This document shows positions 9,331-19,168 of a DNA stretch of 64,000 nucleotides, piece after piece. The DNA is taken from contig JBBKWD010000072.1 in NCBI GenBank assembly GCA_037968775.1, forward strand, positions 11,339-75,338, in the 5' to 3' direction. A program made the translations under genes and the position numbers. The notes below the pieces were generated by a model. That model was given only the letters and a program-made list of their open reading frames with translations, ran no database searches and was not told the origin of the DNA. This DNA is from Bdellovibrio sp. (GTDB lineage Bacteria > Bdellovibrionota > Bdellovibrionia > Bdellovibrionales > Bdellovibrionaceae). Each line of letters opens with the position of its first letter. The first letter of the stretch is position 1.

Positions 9331-9507
9331 AACTCATGCTAACAGGCGATGCCGGGTCAGAGGAAAAGGATTCCTCACTTCTAGATCGGCAAATTTTTCC
9401 GCGACTTCTTCTAGCCTTAGCCAAGGTCCGATTCAAGAGGTTGCAGGACTGCCTCGCTCATAGTCACGAGCTATTCTGACATCCGACACATTTTTCATGG
9501 AGGAAGA

Positions 9508-10698
9508 ATGAAGAACCACCTATTGCAAATGATGCTGGTCTTGGCTTCTATTTTCACATCTCACGTGGCCTCTGCGGTGGAGATAAAAGAATGGAATTTT
9601 TTAGTGTTCTTAAATGGCGTCAACAATCTTGATTCCTTCGGAAAAATGAACCTGAACCAAATGGAAGAAGTGGGCTCCTCAGACAAATTGAATATTTTAG
9701 TTCAATGGGGGTCTTATTCAAATAAGGACGTCACGCGTTTACAGGTGATCAAGGATCAAGATAAGAATCGAGTGACCTCACCGATCCTACAGAACCTGGG
9801 CTCTGCGGATATGGGCGACTGGAAAGAGCTTGTACGTTTTGTTCAATGGTCGCACCAGAACTTCCCGGCGAAAAAATATTTTATTGCCGTGTGGAATCAT
9901 GGCTCAGGTTGGAACTTTATGCGCCTCGGATCTAGTGGCCAACTTCGCCCTCAAGACATTTCTTACGATGATCGCACCGGCCATCGAATCACCACTGAAG
10001 AACTCGCACAAGCCATGGCTGAATCCGCCAAAATTATCGGCCACAAAGTCGATATCTATGGCTCCGATGCCTGCCTCATGGGGATGGTCGAAGTCGCCTC
10101 TGAAATGTCAGATTCCGTAAAGTATTTTGTAGGCTCACAAGACAACGAACCTGGAGAAGGATGGCCCTACTCTACTTTTCTCTCAAAATGGAGCGCTCAG
10201 GCTGCCACCATATCGGCTGCAGGCGTTTCCTCCCTGCTCTCTCAAGAGTTTCTGACCTCGTATTCACCAGGCGGCATTTACCCTCAACGTAGCGTCACCT
10301 TGTCTGCTTATGATCTCTCGTACTCTTCTGCCTATGAGAATGCCATTGCTCAAGTGTCTCAGTTTCTTCAAGGCTTGAATGCGAATGAGGTTAAGGTCGC
10401 GAGCCAAGCTCTGACGAGTTCTAAAAGTTTTTCCTACACTGATTTTTATGATCTAGCAGACTATATTGATAAGCTTGAGAAAAAAGGTTTGAAGCATTCA
10501 AGTTTCGCCCGCCTTCGCCAAGCCCAAAGTAAATATGTGATCGCCAACCATCAGAATCAGGACAGCCAAACATATGGCGTGTCTATTTGGGGGGCAAGTT
10601 CTTATGGGTATGCTAGAGATATTCGCCGTTATCAAGGACTTAAATTTGATCAGGCCACCCAGTGGTCCGAGTTTTTAAAGCTGCTTTACCGTCGCTAA
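9508..10698 (+). CDS. Secreted clostripain-like (C11 family) cysteine peptidase
   Basis: Signal peptide present. His/Cys dyad contexts WNHGSGW and YGSDACLMG. N-terminal FLVFLNGVNNL block typical of C11. Confidence 0.7.
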   Translation: MKNHLLQMMLVLASIFTSHVASAVEIKEWNFLVFLNGVNNLDSFGKMNLNQMEEVGSSDKLNILVQWGSYSNKDVTRLQVIKDQDKNRVTSPILQNLGSADMGDWKELVRFVQWSHQNFPAKKYFIAVWNHGSGWNFMRLGSSGQLRPQDISYDDRTGHRITTEELAQAMAESAKIIGHKVDIYGSDACLMGMVEVASEMSDSVKYFVGSQDNEPGEGWPYSTFLSKWSAQAATISAAGVSSLLSQEFLTSYSPGGIYPQRSVTLSAYDLSYSSAYENAIAQVSQFLQGLNANEVKVASQALTSSKSFSYTDFYDLADYIDKLEKKGLKHSSFARLRQAQSKYVIANHQNQDSQTYGVSIWGASSYGYARDIRRYQGLKFDQATQWSEFLKLLYRR

Positions 10699-10707
10699 AA
10701 CACAAAA

Positions 10708-10738
10708 AGCCGCACTTTTCCAAGTACGGCTTTTTTTT
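10708..10738 (+). terminator. Rho-independent terminator
   Basis: Stem AGCCGCACTT / AAGTACGGCT (one mismatch) followed by T8. Confidence 0.7.
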
Positions 10739-10789
10739 CGGATGGAAATAACTCTCCTGTCCTATCTTTGACTGAACTCTCTGACTGAT

Positions 10790-12403
10790 CTACTTAAGGC
10801 ATGTATAAAAAACTTCGTAGTTACCTTCTGGCAACATTTCAGAGAACGCCACATTCATACCGTTAATCGTGCGTGCTCCAGTGTAGACTTGTCCGTCTTT
10901 AAGCACTGCTACTGACCGCATAGCATCAACCACCGGGGCACAAGCAAGAGTGATCGTTTTCAATGTTGCACGAACACCGTCAGCAATACCTTGAACTTGA
11001 GCCGCGTAATCCGTCGCACATACGTCGCCGATTACACCACCAGTTAATTTAGAAATCGCATCATAGCGGTGACCTGCAGAGTAACCTTCACCATTCAAAC
11101 AAGCTGTGTCACCCGGGCGAGCAATGATGGAGTGGAAGCTAAATGCTTTATTACCACCATAAGTTGACTGAACAAAGCTTACTAAATTTGCAGGGTCGTT
11201 TTTAACACCATTAGCTGATTCATCTTCATCCGAGATCAAAACCACTGCCAATTGAGAATCGTCACGAACGAAGTTCACATTGCCACCGCTTGCAGAGATC
11301 GATCTTTCAATTGCGCGGTAAGCGGCAAAGATACCTTGCTCTGAACCACTTCCAGTTTCTGAACGCTGTAAAGTCTTTCCTAGAGTTGTGCGTGCATCCG
11401 CATCGTCCATATTAGAGGTCAATATGAACTGATTCTGTTTTCCTGTTAAGGCTACCAAGCGGCCATCACCCAAAGTGATATTGCGTGGATCGGTTGTCGT
11501 AACTGCGATCTGCCAGTCCAAGCCCTTAACAACACCTAAGAAATTCTGCACCCGAGAAGCCATGCTCTTTTGTTCGTATGCCATCGAACCCGAGTTATCT
11601 ACCACAAACAAAATGTCGACTCTTTTAGACTCATTCATTTTTACGGATTGAACCATCTGCTTATACAAAGAAGTCACAGAGAAGTTCACAGTTTTACTGG
11701 ATGCAAGTCCCAGCTTATCTGTTGCTGATACCTTAAAGGAGTAATCGCCAGCAGCCATTTTTGGCAACTTCACTTTATTTTCACCAGCAGCACAAACCTT
11801 CTGAACACCCGAGAACTCGCAAGTCACTGAAGCAACGCCCGCTCCGGCATCAGAGACTGAAAAGATAATCTCAACATCTAAACCTTCTTCAACAGCCGTT
11901 GAAGGATATTTAGCGTAAAGAATTTCTGGGGGCAAAGTGTCTATATAGATACTTTTAGTAAAACAATCACTGACCATTCCATCGTGATCACGATACTGAA
12001 CACTCAATGGAACGTTCTGATTGATGCGAGCACTGCGGTAATCGCGAGCAGCAATAAAGGCAGCCCATTGGCCTCCCTCACAAGTCGCATTTTCTGAAAG
12101 CTTCATATCGGAAGCATGAAAAGGAGCATCGAACTCCAACATAAGTAGAGGATTACCCGTTAACTTAGCATCACTATTAATGAGGAACATCGGCAAACCA
12201 GTTGAAGGCGCACCAGGATCTGTGCCCGGCCCAGGGCCGACATCCACACCACCTGCTGATGAATTTCCGTCTGCTGGATCCGTGATAACTTCAAAGTCCG
12301 AGTTGTTAAGATCTTTTGCGACCTCCAAGCCCCCGTTGTTTTCAAGACATCCAGTCAGAAACATTCCGGCAACCAAAATTCCAACTCTGCTGTGCGTTTT
12401 CAT
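10790..12403 (-). CDS. VWA-domain lipoprotein
   Basis: Start moved to ATG 12403. Lipobox in MKTHSRVGILVAGMFLTGC. MIDAS motif within VDILFVVDNSGSM. Ig-like region upstream of the VWA domain. Confidence 0.7.
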   Translation of the reverse strand: MKTHSRVGILVAGMFLTGCLENNGGLEVAKDLNNSDFEVITDPADGNSSAGGVDVGPGPGTDPGAPSTGLPMFLINSDAKLTGNPLLMLEFDAPFHASDMKLSENATCEGGQWAAFIAARDYRSARINQNVPLSVQYRDHDGMVSDCFTKSIYIDTLPPEILYAKYPSTAVEEGLDVEIIFSVSDAGAGVASVTCEFSGVQKVCAAGENKVKLPKMAAGDYSFKVSATDKLGLASSKTVNFSVTSLYKQMVQSVKMNESKRVDILFVVDNSGSMAYEQKSMASRVQNFLGVVKGLDWQIAVTTTDPRNITLGDGRLVALTGKQNQFILTSNMDDADARTTLGKTLQRSETGSGSEQGIFAAYRAIERSISASGGNVNFVRDDSQLAVVLISDEDESANGVKNDPANLVSFVQSTYGGNKAFSFHSIIARPGDTACLNGEGYSAGHRYDAISKLTGGVIGDVCATDYAAQVQGIADGVRATLKTITLACAPVVDAMRSVAVLKDGQVYTGARTINGMNVAFSEMLPEGNYEVFYTCLK

Positions 12404-12685
12404 GTGGTCTCCTCTTGCTACAAGATCATTGTTGACGGATGAGCAGAAACTTTTCAAACGAATCTCATTATGAAATTTTTGTGAATAGAGAATAGACAAA
12501 TCAAACAGATTAGCCGTCGAAAAGTTCGACACCAACTAGAACTCTCTAATGAATTCGCCATATTGAGACTTTTTGAATCCATAAAGGACGTAGAAGTACA
12601 CACTTGTGTCTTGCGATCGATCGCCATAGCTTAATGGCGATTAAAACCAGTTGAGACGACAATGCTAAGTACAAAAAAAATGATG

Positions 12686-13471
12686 TCACTTTAACTGCAA
12701 ACTATATTTTTTAAGTTCACTTTGCCATTCAAGGTCACTGGATAGTCGTACAATTGCCTGATTGATAAAAACCAACAAGTCTTCGCGTTGTTTGGGGATA
12801 AGAATGTTCCTAGCGAAACGGGGGGTTCGTGGTTTTTTTGAAATATAAAAGCCTCTTAGGCTTCCGCGTATGTCTTCCGCAGCCAAGGTCGAACGATCAA
12901 TGACGGCAAAGTCTAAATTTCTTTTTCCAGATAGAAGTTTGGAAATAGATTGCGTAAGAGCTACCGCATCTTCGCGAACCAGATCTCCAGAGGTGATCTT
13001 TGTTTGCAAATCTGGATAGTTGTGTCCGAGCGTACCTGAGAATCTTTTCCCATTAAAGGACTCAGAGTCAATGAACTCAAATTTTCTATTTTCGTGTGAA
13101 ATAAATAAGCTTTCATCTTCGACTATGTCCTGGGACCAAAGAAATTTTTCCTTGTTTGTATCGTTAAAAAACTGAGGATTCACCCAAGGCACCACGATTG
13201 TAGTTCGAGTTTTTAGATGTTGTTCAAGCCGCTTTCTGGGATAGAGTTTGGCTTCAAATTCATATTTACCTTGAGCCATAAGATTGAGCTTACTTACCAA
13301 TATGCGAGTCAGTCCTGAATCAGGGACACCCAACTCGGACCAGGGTGAGTATTCGTATTGATTGGCTACTTCAATTTTTTCAACGGCAAGTCCCTCTATT
13401 GCGAATCCAAACATGAATAGGCAAAATGAAGTTGTTACGAGTTGGATGGTTTTCTTCTGAATCGCGATCAA
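12686..13471 (-). CDS. Periplasmic solute-binding-like protein (orphan), function unknown
   Basis: 261-aa ORF with an N-terminal signal/anchor. Size and pattern loosely resemble family-3 substrate-binding proteins. No transporter genes are adjacent. Confidence 0.35.
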   Translation of the reverse strand: MIAIQKKTIQLVTTSFCLFMFGFAIEGLAVEKIEVANQYEYSPWSELGVPDSGLTRILVSKLNLMAQGKYEFEAKLYPRKRLEQHLKTRTTIVVPWVNPQFFNDTNKEKFLWSQDIVEDESLFISHENRKFEFIDSESFNGKRFSGTLGHNYPDLQTKITSGDLVREDAVALTQSISKLLSGKRNLDFAVIDRSTLAAEDIRGSLRGFYISKKPRTPRFARNILIPKQREDLLVFINQAIVRLSSDLEWQSELKKYSLQLK

Positions 13472-13660
13472 GTTACCCTTCCCTCCCCCCTGCAGTTAAA
13501 AATATTATTGTCCTCTTTACGGTATGTGCGTCTCTAAGAAAGGTAAAGATGTGATCAAATGAGCGGAGCTGGGGCACTTTCTTGCTAGACAAAAGTCTCA
13601 AAATACCTTCAGGCGTACCTCTTGCATATCACTGTCGAGCATGTCCATATGGAGGCTATA

Positions 13661-14617
13661 ATGACCCGTTCTGTAATGAAGTCCATTTCCGGCTCTATTC
13701 TTTCAATCGCCCTGTGCCTTTTTTCGGCAACTGCGCACTCTATGGACTCCCAAGGGTCCCCCAATGAACACTGCCTAGAACGAATGAAAGTCGGGAAATT
13801 CAAAGACCAGTGCCTGGACACATCGTCCAAAAGAGCTTTGAAAGTCATCACGTGGGAAAACGACCAGACCCTTTCAATTCAAAACTTCCGCAAGAATGGG
13901 GAATTCTACCAGGCCCGTATTCCCTTGAATCACATCGAAAAAGTCAGCTATCTAGTCGTAGACCTCGATGCCAAGCCCCTTAATAAATGGGGGCTGATAA
14001 ATGTCTCCCATACGCAATTGAGACTCCAACTAGCTCCGGGAGCTTATATCGAGCTAACATCCTCGAACAGAAATAACCTCGAAGTTCTTTATGAAAATGA
14101 TTTCATCATCTCCGTGAACTACATGGCCCCGAAGGACGTCCCTTATGATCCTGTGAAGGGCTTTGATGAAACGCTCTATGGATCTGTGATGCAGATGTAC
14201 GCGACAAGTGAGGAGGCCAAAGTTCGCTTTTTAGAAGATCAAGTCAATGTCTATGAGATTCCCTTGCGCATGACCAAGGAGCAAGCGGGCTCGCTGACAC
14301 TTCAAGCAATCCTGACCAGTAGCACAGCTCAATACACGACACCTTATGACAGTTGGAGTTCGAACTGCACCACCGCTGTTTTTGATCTGATCGATCAGGC
14401 TCTTGAGCTAAAGAATCAAAAACCTTATCGGTTTAAGGCTTGGATTTTCCGCGACACTGGAATGATCCCTGCATTCAAGGCTCTTGGCAAAAGAGGTCTT
14501 ATCGATCCACAGGCAAAACTCACCTCGATGAACCGAGAGTTTGGCTATCCCCAGTTTCCCAGCGACAGCAACAGATATTTTAAACGCTATCTTGGCAAAC
14601 GCTTACAGGATCTCTAA
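13661..14617 (+). CDS. Secreted protein, unknown function
   Basis: Start moved to ATG 13661 (MTRSVMKSISGSILSIALCLFSATAHS signal peptide). No confident family call. Confidence 0.5.
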   Translation: MTRSVMKSISGSILSIALCLFSATAHSMDSQGSPNEHCLERMKVGKFKDQCLDTSSKRALKVITWENDQTLSIQNFRKNGEFYQARIPLNHIEKVSYLVVDLDAKPLNKWGLINVSHTQLRLQLAPGAYIELTSSNRNNLEVLYENDFIISVNYMAPKDVPYDPVKGFDETLYGSVMQMYATSEEAKVRFLEDQVNVYEIPLRMTKEQAGSLTLQAILTSSTAQYTTPYDSWSSNCTTAVFDLIDQALELKNQKPYRFKAWIFRDTGMIPAFKALGKRGLIDPQAKLTSMNREFGYPQFPSDSNRYFKRYLGKRLQDL

Positions 14618-14828
14618 TTCTGCTGGCGAACCTTGGGAACATACATAGACAGCAGGGCAGGTGGCGTCACGCCACCTTGATAGTAAGTATTTTGATGCCT
14701 CGGCAGCCTGTCGAGCGAGTTGCACAAATGGCCGTCTCCTAGACATCAGAGAGTGTGGAGCATCCCGACACACTGCTTGCCGCAGGATATTTTTTTGTTT
14801 TGGGCTTTCCAGAATGGACCGCTTCGCC

Positions 14829-15260
14829 CTAGCCCTTACGAGTAATCAGCGCATCCACGGACCAGCGACCAGCCCCATGTAAAACGAAAAACAAAGAGGC
14901 AAACAAATAAAGAAACGCCAGCTCTTTAACTTGGAAGGGATCTGCTGCATGCACCACAAAGCCCGCAATTGCCATGGTAAAGCAAACAAAAGCCGCTGCC
15001 GGTCTGGTCAAAAAACCGATCGCTAAAAGTATGCCGCCTGCAAACTCTGCAAGCCCTGCGCACCACGAGAAAAACTCTGGAGCTGGAAAGCCCATGTTCG
15101 TAATTCCCGTCACAAGCATTTCAGGCGGAGGCAGCTTCCCCATACCATGAACAAAGGCCATCGTTAAACCGATAAAAAGGCGCAAGATCGTCAAAGCAGC
15201 ATCATCCCATCGAGAGTTGAAGTTTCGTGGGGCGATAAATCGTTGAAGCAGAGTTTTCAT
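14829..15260 (-). CDS. DoxX family membrane protein
   Basis: Start at ATG 15260 (or 15272). Four hydrophobic helices. N-terminal ...LTILRLFIGLTMAFVHGMGK is typical of DoxX. Confidence 0.7.
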   Translation of the reverse strand: MKTLLQRFIAPRNFNSRWDDAALTILRLFIGLTMAFVHGMGKLPPPEMLVTGITNMGFPAPEFFSWCAGLAEFAGGILLAIGFLTRPAAAFVCFTMAIAGFVVHAADPFQVKELAFLYLFASLFFVLHGAGRWSVDALITRKG

Positions 15261-15292
15261 AAAGGTCTCCATTATTAAATTATATTTAAAAC

Positions 15293-15721
15293 TTAAACTA
15301 ATGCGGGAGCCGAAGCGCGAAATTTTCGTAGGAAAGGTAGAATCAAAGTCCGGTGGCCGACCCCACCTTTTAAGCAAGTATCGAAAAGGTCAATCAGTTC
15401 GATAGTTGAGTTGGATGAAATGTCGCCATCTAAGAAAGCCATAGACCAGTCTTCGAAAAGACGTTCTTCGCCGTTTGCCTCTATAAGTACGCGCAGACTA
15501 TAGTTACGCTCATCCATCATGATTTTTCCTAATACATTTTTGACGGCTTTTTCTGTGCCTTCTAAAACTTGCAAAAAATAGCCATCACGAAAAACGAGGA
15601 CACCCGTAATACTTTCCAAGGCATTGTTTTTTCGCGAAACTTCCAGGATCTCACGAATATCAGTATAGCTGATATCATCAACAGCCTGGCTTATATAGAC
15701 AAGATGGAAGACCGACTTCAT
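15293..15721 (-). CDS. Short BLUF-domain protein (blue-light FAD sensor)
   Basis: Contains LVYISQA (conserved Tyr), GVLVFRDGYFLQVLEG (conserved Gln) and FEDWSMAF (Trp/Met). The protein is 142 aa with no output domain. Confidence 0.8.
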   Translation of the reverse strand: MKSVFHLVYISQAVDDISYTDIREILEVSRKNNALESITGVLVFRDGYFLQVLEGTEKAVKNVLGKIMMDERNYSLRVLIEANGEERLFEDWSMAFLDGDISSNSTIELIDLFDTCLKGGVGHRTLILPFLRKFRASAPALV

Positions 15722-16131
15722 ACGAAGGATTCAGGAGCCGCAATCATAATCATAGCTTCACCTTTGACGACCAGGTCCCCGTTAGCCTTGGTGGCAAGGG
15801 TCTCAACAGAAGCAATGCCTTTTTCGCGACGGATGTTGGTGATTCGAATAGTCACTGTGATTTCGTCATCTATGAATACAGGATTTACGAACTTTAAACT
15901 TTGCCCCATGTAAATACCCTGTCCATGGATGCCATCGACAAGGGCTCTTGAAATCAATGCGCCAACGATCATTCCGTGGGCGATGCGCTGCTTGAAGCGA
16001 GTCTTGGAAGCAAACTCTTCATCCATGTGGATCGGGTTGTAATCTCCAGATAGTTCTGCAAACTGACGGATCATATGATCCGTCACCTTGGTTGTAAATG
16101 AAGCCGTATGTCCAACATCGATCTGATTCAT
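15718..16131 (-). CDS. MaoC-like (R)-specific enoyl-CoA hydratase / hot-dog fold dehydratase
   Basis: The segment FAELSGDYNPIHMDEEFA...RIAHGM is the hydratase-2 motif. Its stop overlaps the BLUF start (ATGA). Confidence 0.8.
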   Translation of the reverse strand: MNQIDVGHTASFTTKVTDHMIRQFAELSGDYNPIHMDEEFASKTRFKQRIAHGMIVGALISRALVDGIHGQGIYMGQSLKFVNPVFIDDEITVTIRITNIRREKGIASVETLATKANGDLVVKGEAMIMIAAPESFV

Positions 16132-16140
16132 AAAAAACTC

Positions 16141-17457
16141 CTACATGATATTTGCGGCAAGTTCTGCCAGCTCGGATCTTTCACCCTTGGTCAAGGTCAC
16201 ATGGGCTGCGATTGCATGCCCCTTGAATCTTTCAACAGCATAAGTAAGACCACTGTTCGCGGAATCCACATAGGGATTGTCGATCTGGTAAACGTCACCA
16301 GTCAAAACCACTTTGGTCCCTTGTCCGGCACGAGTCACAATTGTCTTGATCTCATGAGGTGTCAAGTTTTGAGCCTCATCGACGATCAAGTATTGTTTCG
16401 GGATGCTGCGCCCGCGGATATAAGTCAGCGGTTCAATATTCAACATACCTTGATTAATCAGCTCTTGCGCACGGCCCGCAGCTTTTTTATCCGAACCCAT
16501 CAGAAATTCAACGTTATCAAATATCGGTTGCATCCATGGATTCAACTTTTGTTCAATATCACCGGGTAAATATCCGATGTCTTTTCCCATTGGGAAGATC
16601 GGTCGTGAAACCAACAGGCGCTGGAATTTTCCCAAATCCAAAGATTTATGCAAGCCAGCTGCAATTGCCAAAAGAGTTTTACCCGTTCCGGCTTTTCCAA
16701 CCAATGAAACAAATAAGATCTCGTCATTCATAAGGCAATCTAAAGCAAATGCTTGCTCGACGTTACGAGCATGGATACCCCAAATTGAATCAGCCGCTTG
16801 AACCAAAGGTACAATGGCTTTTTCGGCAGCACTAAAGCGACCAATCGCTGAATGATTCGGATTCGAAGAGTCCTTCATAATCACATATTGATTAGCATAA
16901 AGTTTCACTTCAGGAACAAATCGTTTTTCGCGATAGAATGTATCAATTTGCTCTGGAGTGACCTGAATCTCTTGATAACCTTCATAAAGGTCATCCTGAC
17001 TGAGATCTTGCGGCTCGTAGTCGGCAGCATAGATACCGTAGACGTCGGCCTTGATACGCAGATTGATATCCTTTGTGATCAACTCCACCTTGTAGTCAGG
17101 GTGTTGCTTTTGCAAACCCAGGGCGGTATTCAAAATTCGGTTGTCTGCCTTTAATTGGTCCAACTCTGGGGGCATACCTTCTAACATCAGATCGATATTA
17201 ATAAACACCATGGTTTTGGAGTTATCGATTTGCACACCGTTTGCAAGCTTCCCCTTTTCGCGCAAAACGTCGACAAAGCGACTGAATTGACGAGCATTTC
17301 GCCCATTCTCACCCTGGTCTCTTTTAAAGCGATCGACTTCTTCGATAACCGAAATAGGGATATGCAAATCAGATTCACCAAACTTTAAGATCGCTTGCGC
17401 GTCGAAAAGAATCACGTTTGTATCGAGAACAATTTTTCTGCGTGTTGATTTACTCAA
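16141..17457 (-). CDS. PIN-domain + PhoH-like ATPase (PhoH2 type)
   Basis: N-terminal PIN (VLDTNVILFD). C-terminal PhoH domain with Walker A GKAGTGKT and the LIVDEAQNLT motif. Confidence 0.85.
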   Translation of the reverse strand: MSKSTRRKIVLDTNVILFDAQAILKFGESDLHIPISVIEEVDRFKRDQGENGRNARQFSRFVDVLREKGKLANGVQIDNSKTMVFINIDLMLEGMPPELDQLKADNRILNTALGLQKQHPDYKVELITKDINLRIKADVYGIYAADYEPQDLSQDDLYEGYQEIQVTPEQIDTFYREKRFVPEVKLYANQYVIMKDSSNPNHSAIGRFSAAEKAIVPLVQAADSIWGIHARNVEQAFALDCLMNDEILFVSLVGKAGTGKTLLAIAAGLHKSLDLGKFQRLLVSRPIFPMGKDIGYLPGDIEQKLNPWMQPIFDNVEFLMGSDKKAAGRAQELINQGMLNIEPLTYIRGRSIPKQYLIVDEAQNLTPHEIKTIVTRAGQGTKVVLTGDVYQIDNPYVDSANSGLTYAVERFKGHAIAAHVTLTKGERSELAELAANIM

Positions 17458-17566
17458 AGGTCATCCCTCCGTGAAATTGGCCTAGAGGCGCGCTTCATGC
17501 GGCCTCTCTTAAATTCGACCAAATCGCAGGACCAAAGTCCACGGAATAAGGATGTTTGCTTAACAA

Positions 17567-18082
17567 TTAGGAGATGTGGGAAACCAAAACGTCGCCATTG
17601 TCTGTTTTTAGACTTGCGCTGACGGTTTCAATGAACTTAACGAAATGATGGAGCGCAACATCGTTCATTGTATCACGAGCAAAATTAGCACCATGACGAA
17701 CGACGTTTTCATCTTCCACCACACGCACGTGATTTACTGTGATCGTAAATGGAAAATAAGTTGTGTGATTCAGGTAAACTCGCATAGCCACTTCATCACC
17801 GTCTTGGAATCCACCCTCAAGTAAATCCAAGTCGAAAGCCATACCCTTTTCAGAAATGTCATACAGAGCCACTCTCATCAGACCCTTTTCGGGCAAGACA
17901 GCGAAGGCGCCGACGAACTCTGTTAAAATGGTTCGTTTTACGACGCGTCGATCACGAGTGATCATGGCCTGCCTGGCCTCTGAAATATCCGTCACCTCGA
18001 GTGGCGACCCCTTAACTAAGTAGTTGCTTTTAGTATTGTTTTCAGACTTTAAGCGCGGCGTAATATCGAGAACTTTCCCCAT
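17567..18082 (-). CDS. PilZ-domain c-di-GMP receptor
   Basis: Start moved to ATG 18082, preceded by GAGGGGGAAAA. RxxxR (RVVKR) and DxSxxG (DISEKG) motifs sit at PilZ spacing. Confidence 0.7.
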   Translation of the reverse strand: MGKVLDITPRLKSENNTKSNYLVKGSPLEVTDISEARQAMITRDRRVVKRTILTEFVGAFAVLPEKGLMRVALYDISEKGMAFDLDLLEGGFQDGDEVAMRVYLNHTTYFPFTITVNHVRVVEDENVVRHGANFARDTMNDVALHHFVKFIETVSASLKTDNGDVLVSHIS

Positions 18083-18183
18083 TTTTCCCCCTCGTACCTT
18101 AACTCGTACCTTCAACTTATCGGCAAAAAACGTTTCAACTTTAGTCATTTGCACGAAGGTCTAGTTTCGTTCTAGAATGAGAC

Positions 18184-19056
18184 ATGCGGATTCTGTACGC
18201 CGTTTTATTCAGTCTTATGTTTCACTTCATCTTCTTTAAGGGGGCCTTTTTTCTTGCGCCTTATTTAGAGCCCAAGACTCCTCCCGTACCAGAGACGATT
18301 GAGGTGACACTTGCTCCAACAAAGAACAAGTCAAAGGAACCGTCTGGAACCGTCGTACGCCAAGCTTTGCTGCCAGAAAAGCTAAAAGCACCTGACGATG
18401 AAACGATGGCTCGTTTTCTCTCTGAACAAAAGCAACGCGTGAAACAAGAATCCCAAGCACAACGAAGTGGTAAGACAGAAAATCGTACCGAGACCTCAAT
18501 TGCCCCGCCCTCTAAAGATAAGCCTCAACAAAAAACTTCGGCAGAAAAAAAACAACCTCCTGATAATGATGGCTATCGAACTGTCGATATTTCCAGAGAG
18601 CTCAGTGAGATGAATCGATTTGACCAAGGCTCCTCGACAGTCGGTGAAAGCCTGCCAACGGATGTACGCGTGGGATCGTTTACGGCCCTCAATACAGATC
18701 GCTATATTTATTATACCTTTTACGCTCGTGTCGAAGACTTGATTCGATACCGCTGGGAAACCCGCGTGCAAGGGGCCATCAACACTTTGACCAACCAACA
18801 ACTCTCCGCAATGAGCGATCGCAACTGGGTCACGCAGGTGGAATTTCTTTTAAATCCAAAAGGAGTTTTGGAAAAAGCATTGCTGATGAAAAGTTCAGGT
18901 ATTGAGTCCTTCGACCAGGCCGCCATTCGTGCCTTTCAAGAAGCTCGCACCTTTCCGAATCCACCTGAGGACATGGTGCAAGAGGACGGCTATATCCATT
19001 TGCAGTTTTCCTTCACCGTCAATTACCGACCACCGGCTCTTGTAAACCGCAATTGA
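18184..19056 (+). CDS. TonB-like energy transducer (C-terminal TonB domain)
   Basis: N-terminal TM helix, a Pro/Lys/Glu-rich spacer and a C-terminal domain ending ...AIRAFQEARTFPNPPE... Confidence 0.65.
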   Translation: MRILYAVLFSLMFHFIFFKGAFFLAPYLEPKTPPVPETIEVTLAPTKNKSKEPSGTVVRQALLPEKLKAPDDETMARFLSEQKQRVKQESQAQRSGKTENRTETSIAPPSKDKPQQKTSAEKKQPPDNDGYRTVDISRELSEMNRFDQGSSTVGESLPTDVRVGSFTALNTDRYIYYTFYARVEDLIRYRWETRVQGAINTLTNQQLSAMSDRNWVTQVEFLLNPKGVLEKALLMKSSGIESFDQAAIRAFQEARTFPNPPEDMVQEDGYIHLQFSFTVNYRPPALVNRN

Positions 19057-19168
19057 GATCGCTCCCGTACTATAGAAGCTCTCCCCCCATAACTAGACTC
19101 CGACCTTGTGCCAGAAAGAGTTCAGCTCGTATGTCGCCTCACATGGGGGACTGCTAGAATTTTACTAT

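Noticed and set aside
14661-14882. 73-aa Cys/Arg-rich ORF between the secreted protein gene and DoxX
   Set aside because: It overlaps the DoxX 3' end antisense, has an Arg/Cys-rich composition typical of out-of-frame GC-rich sequence, and has no start signals.
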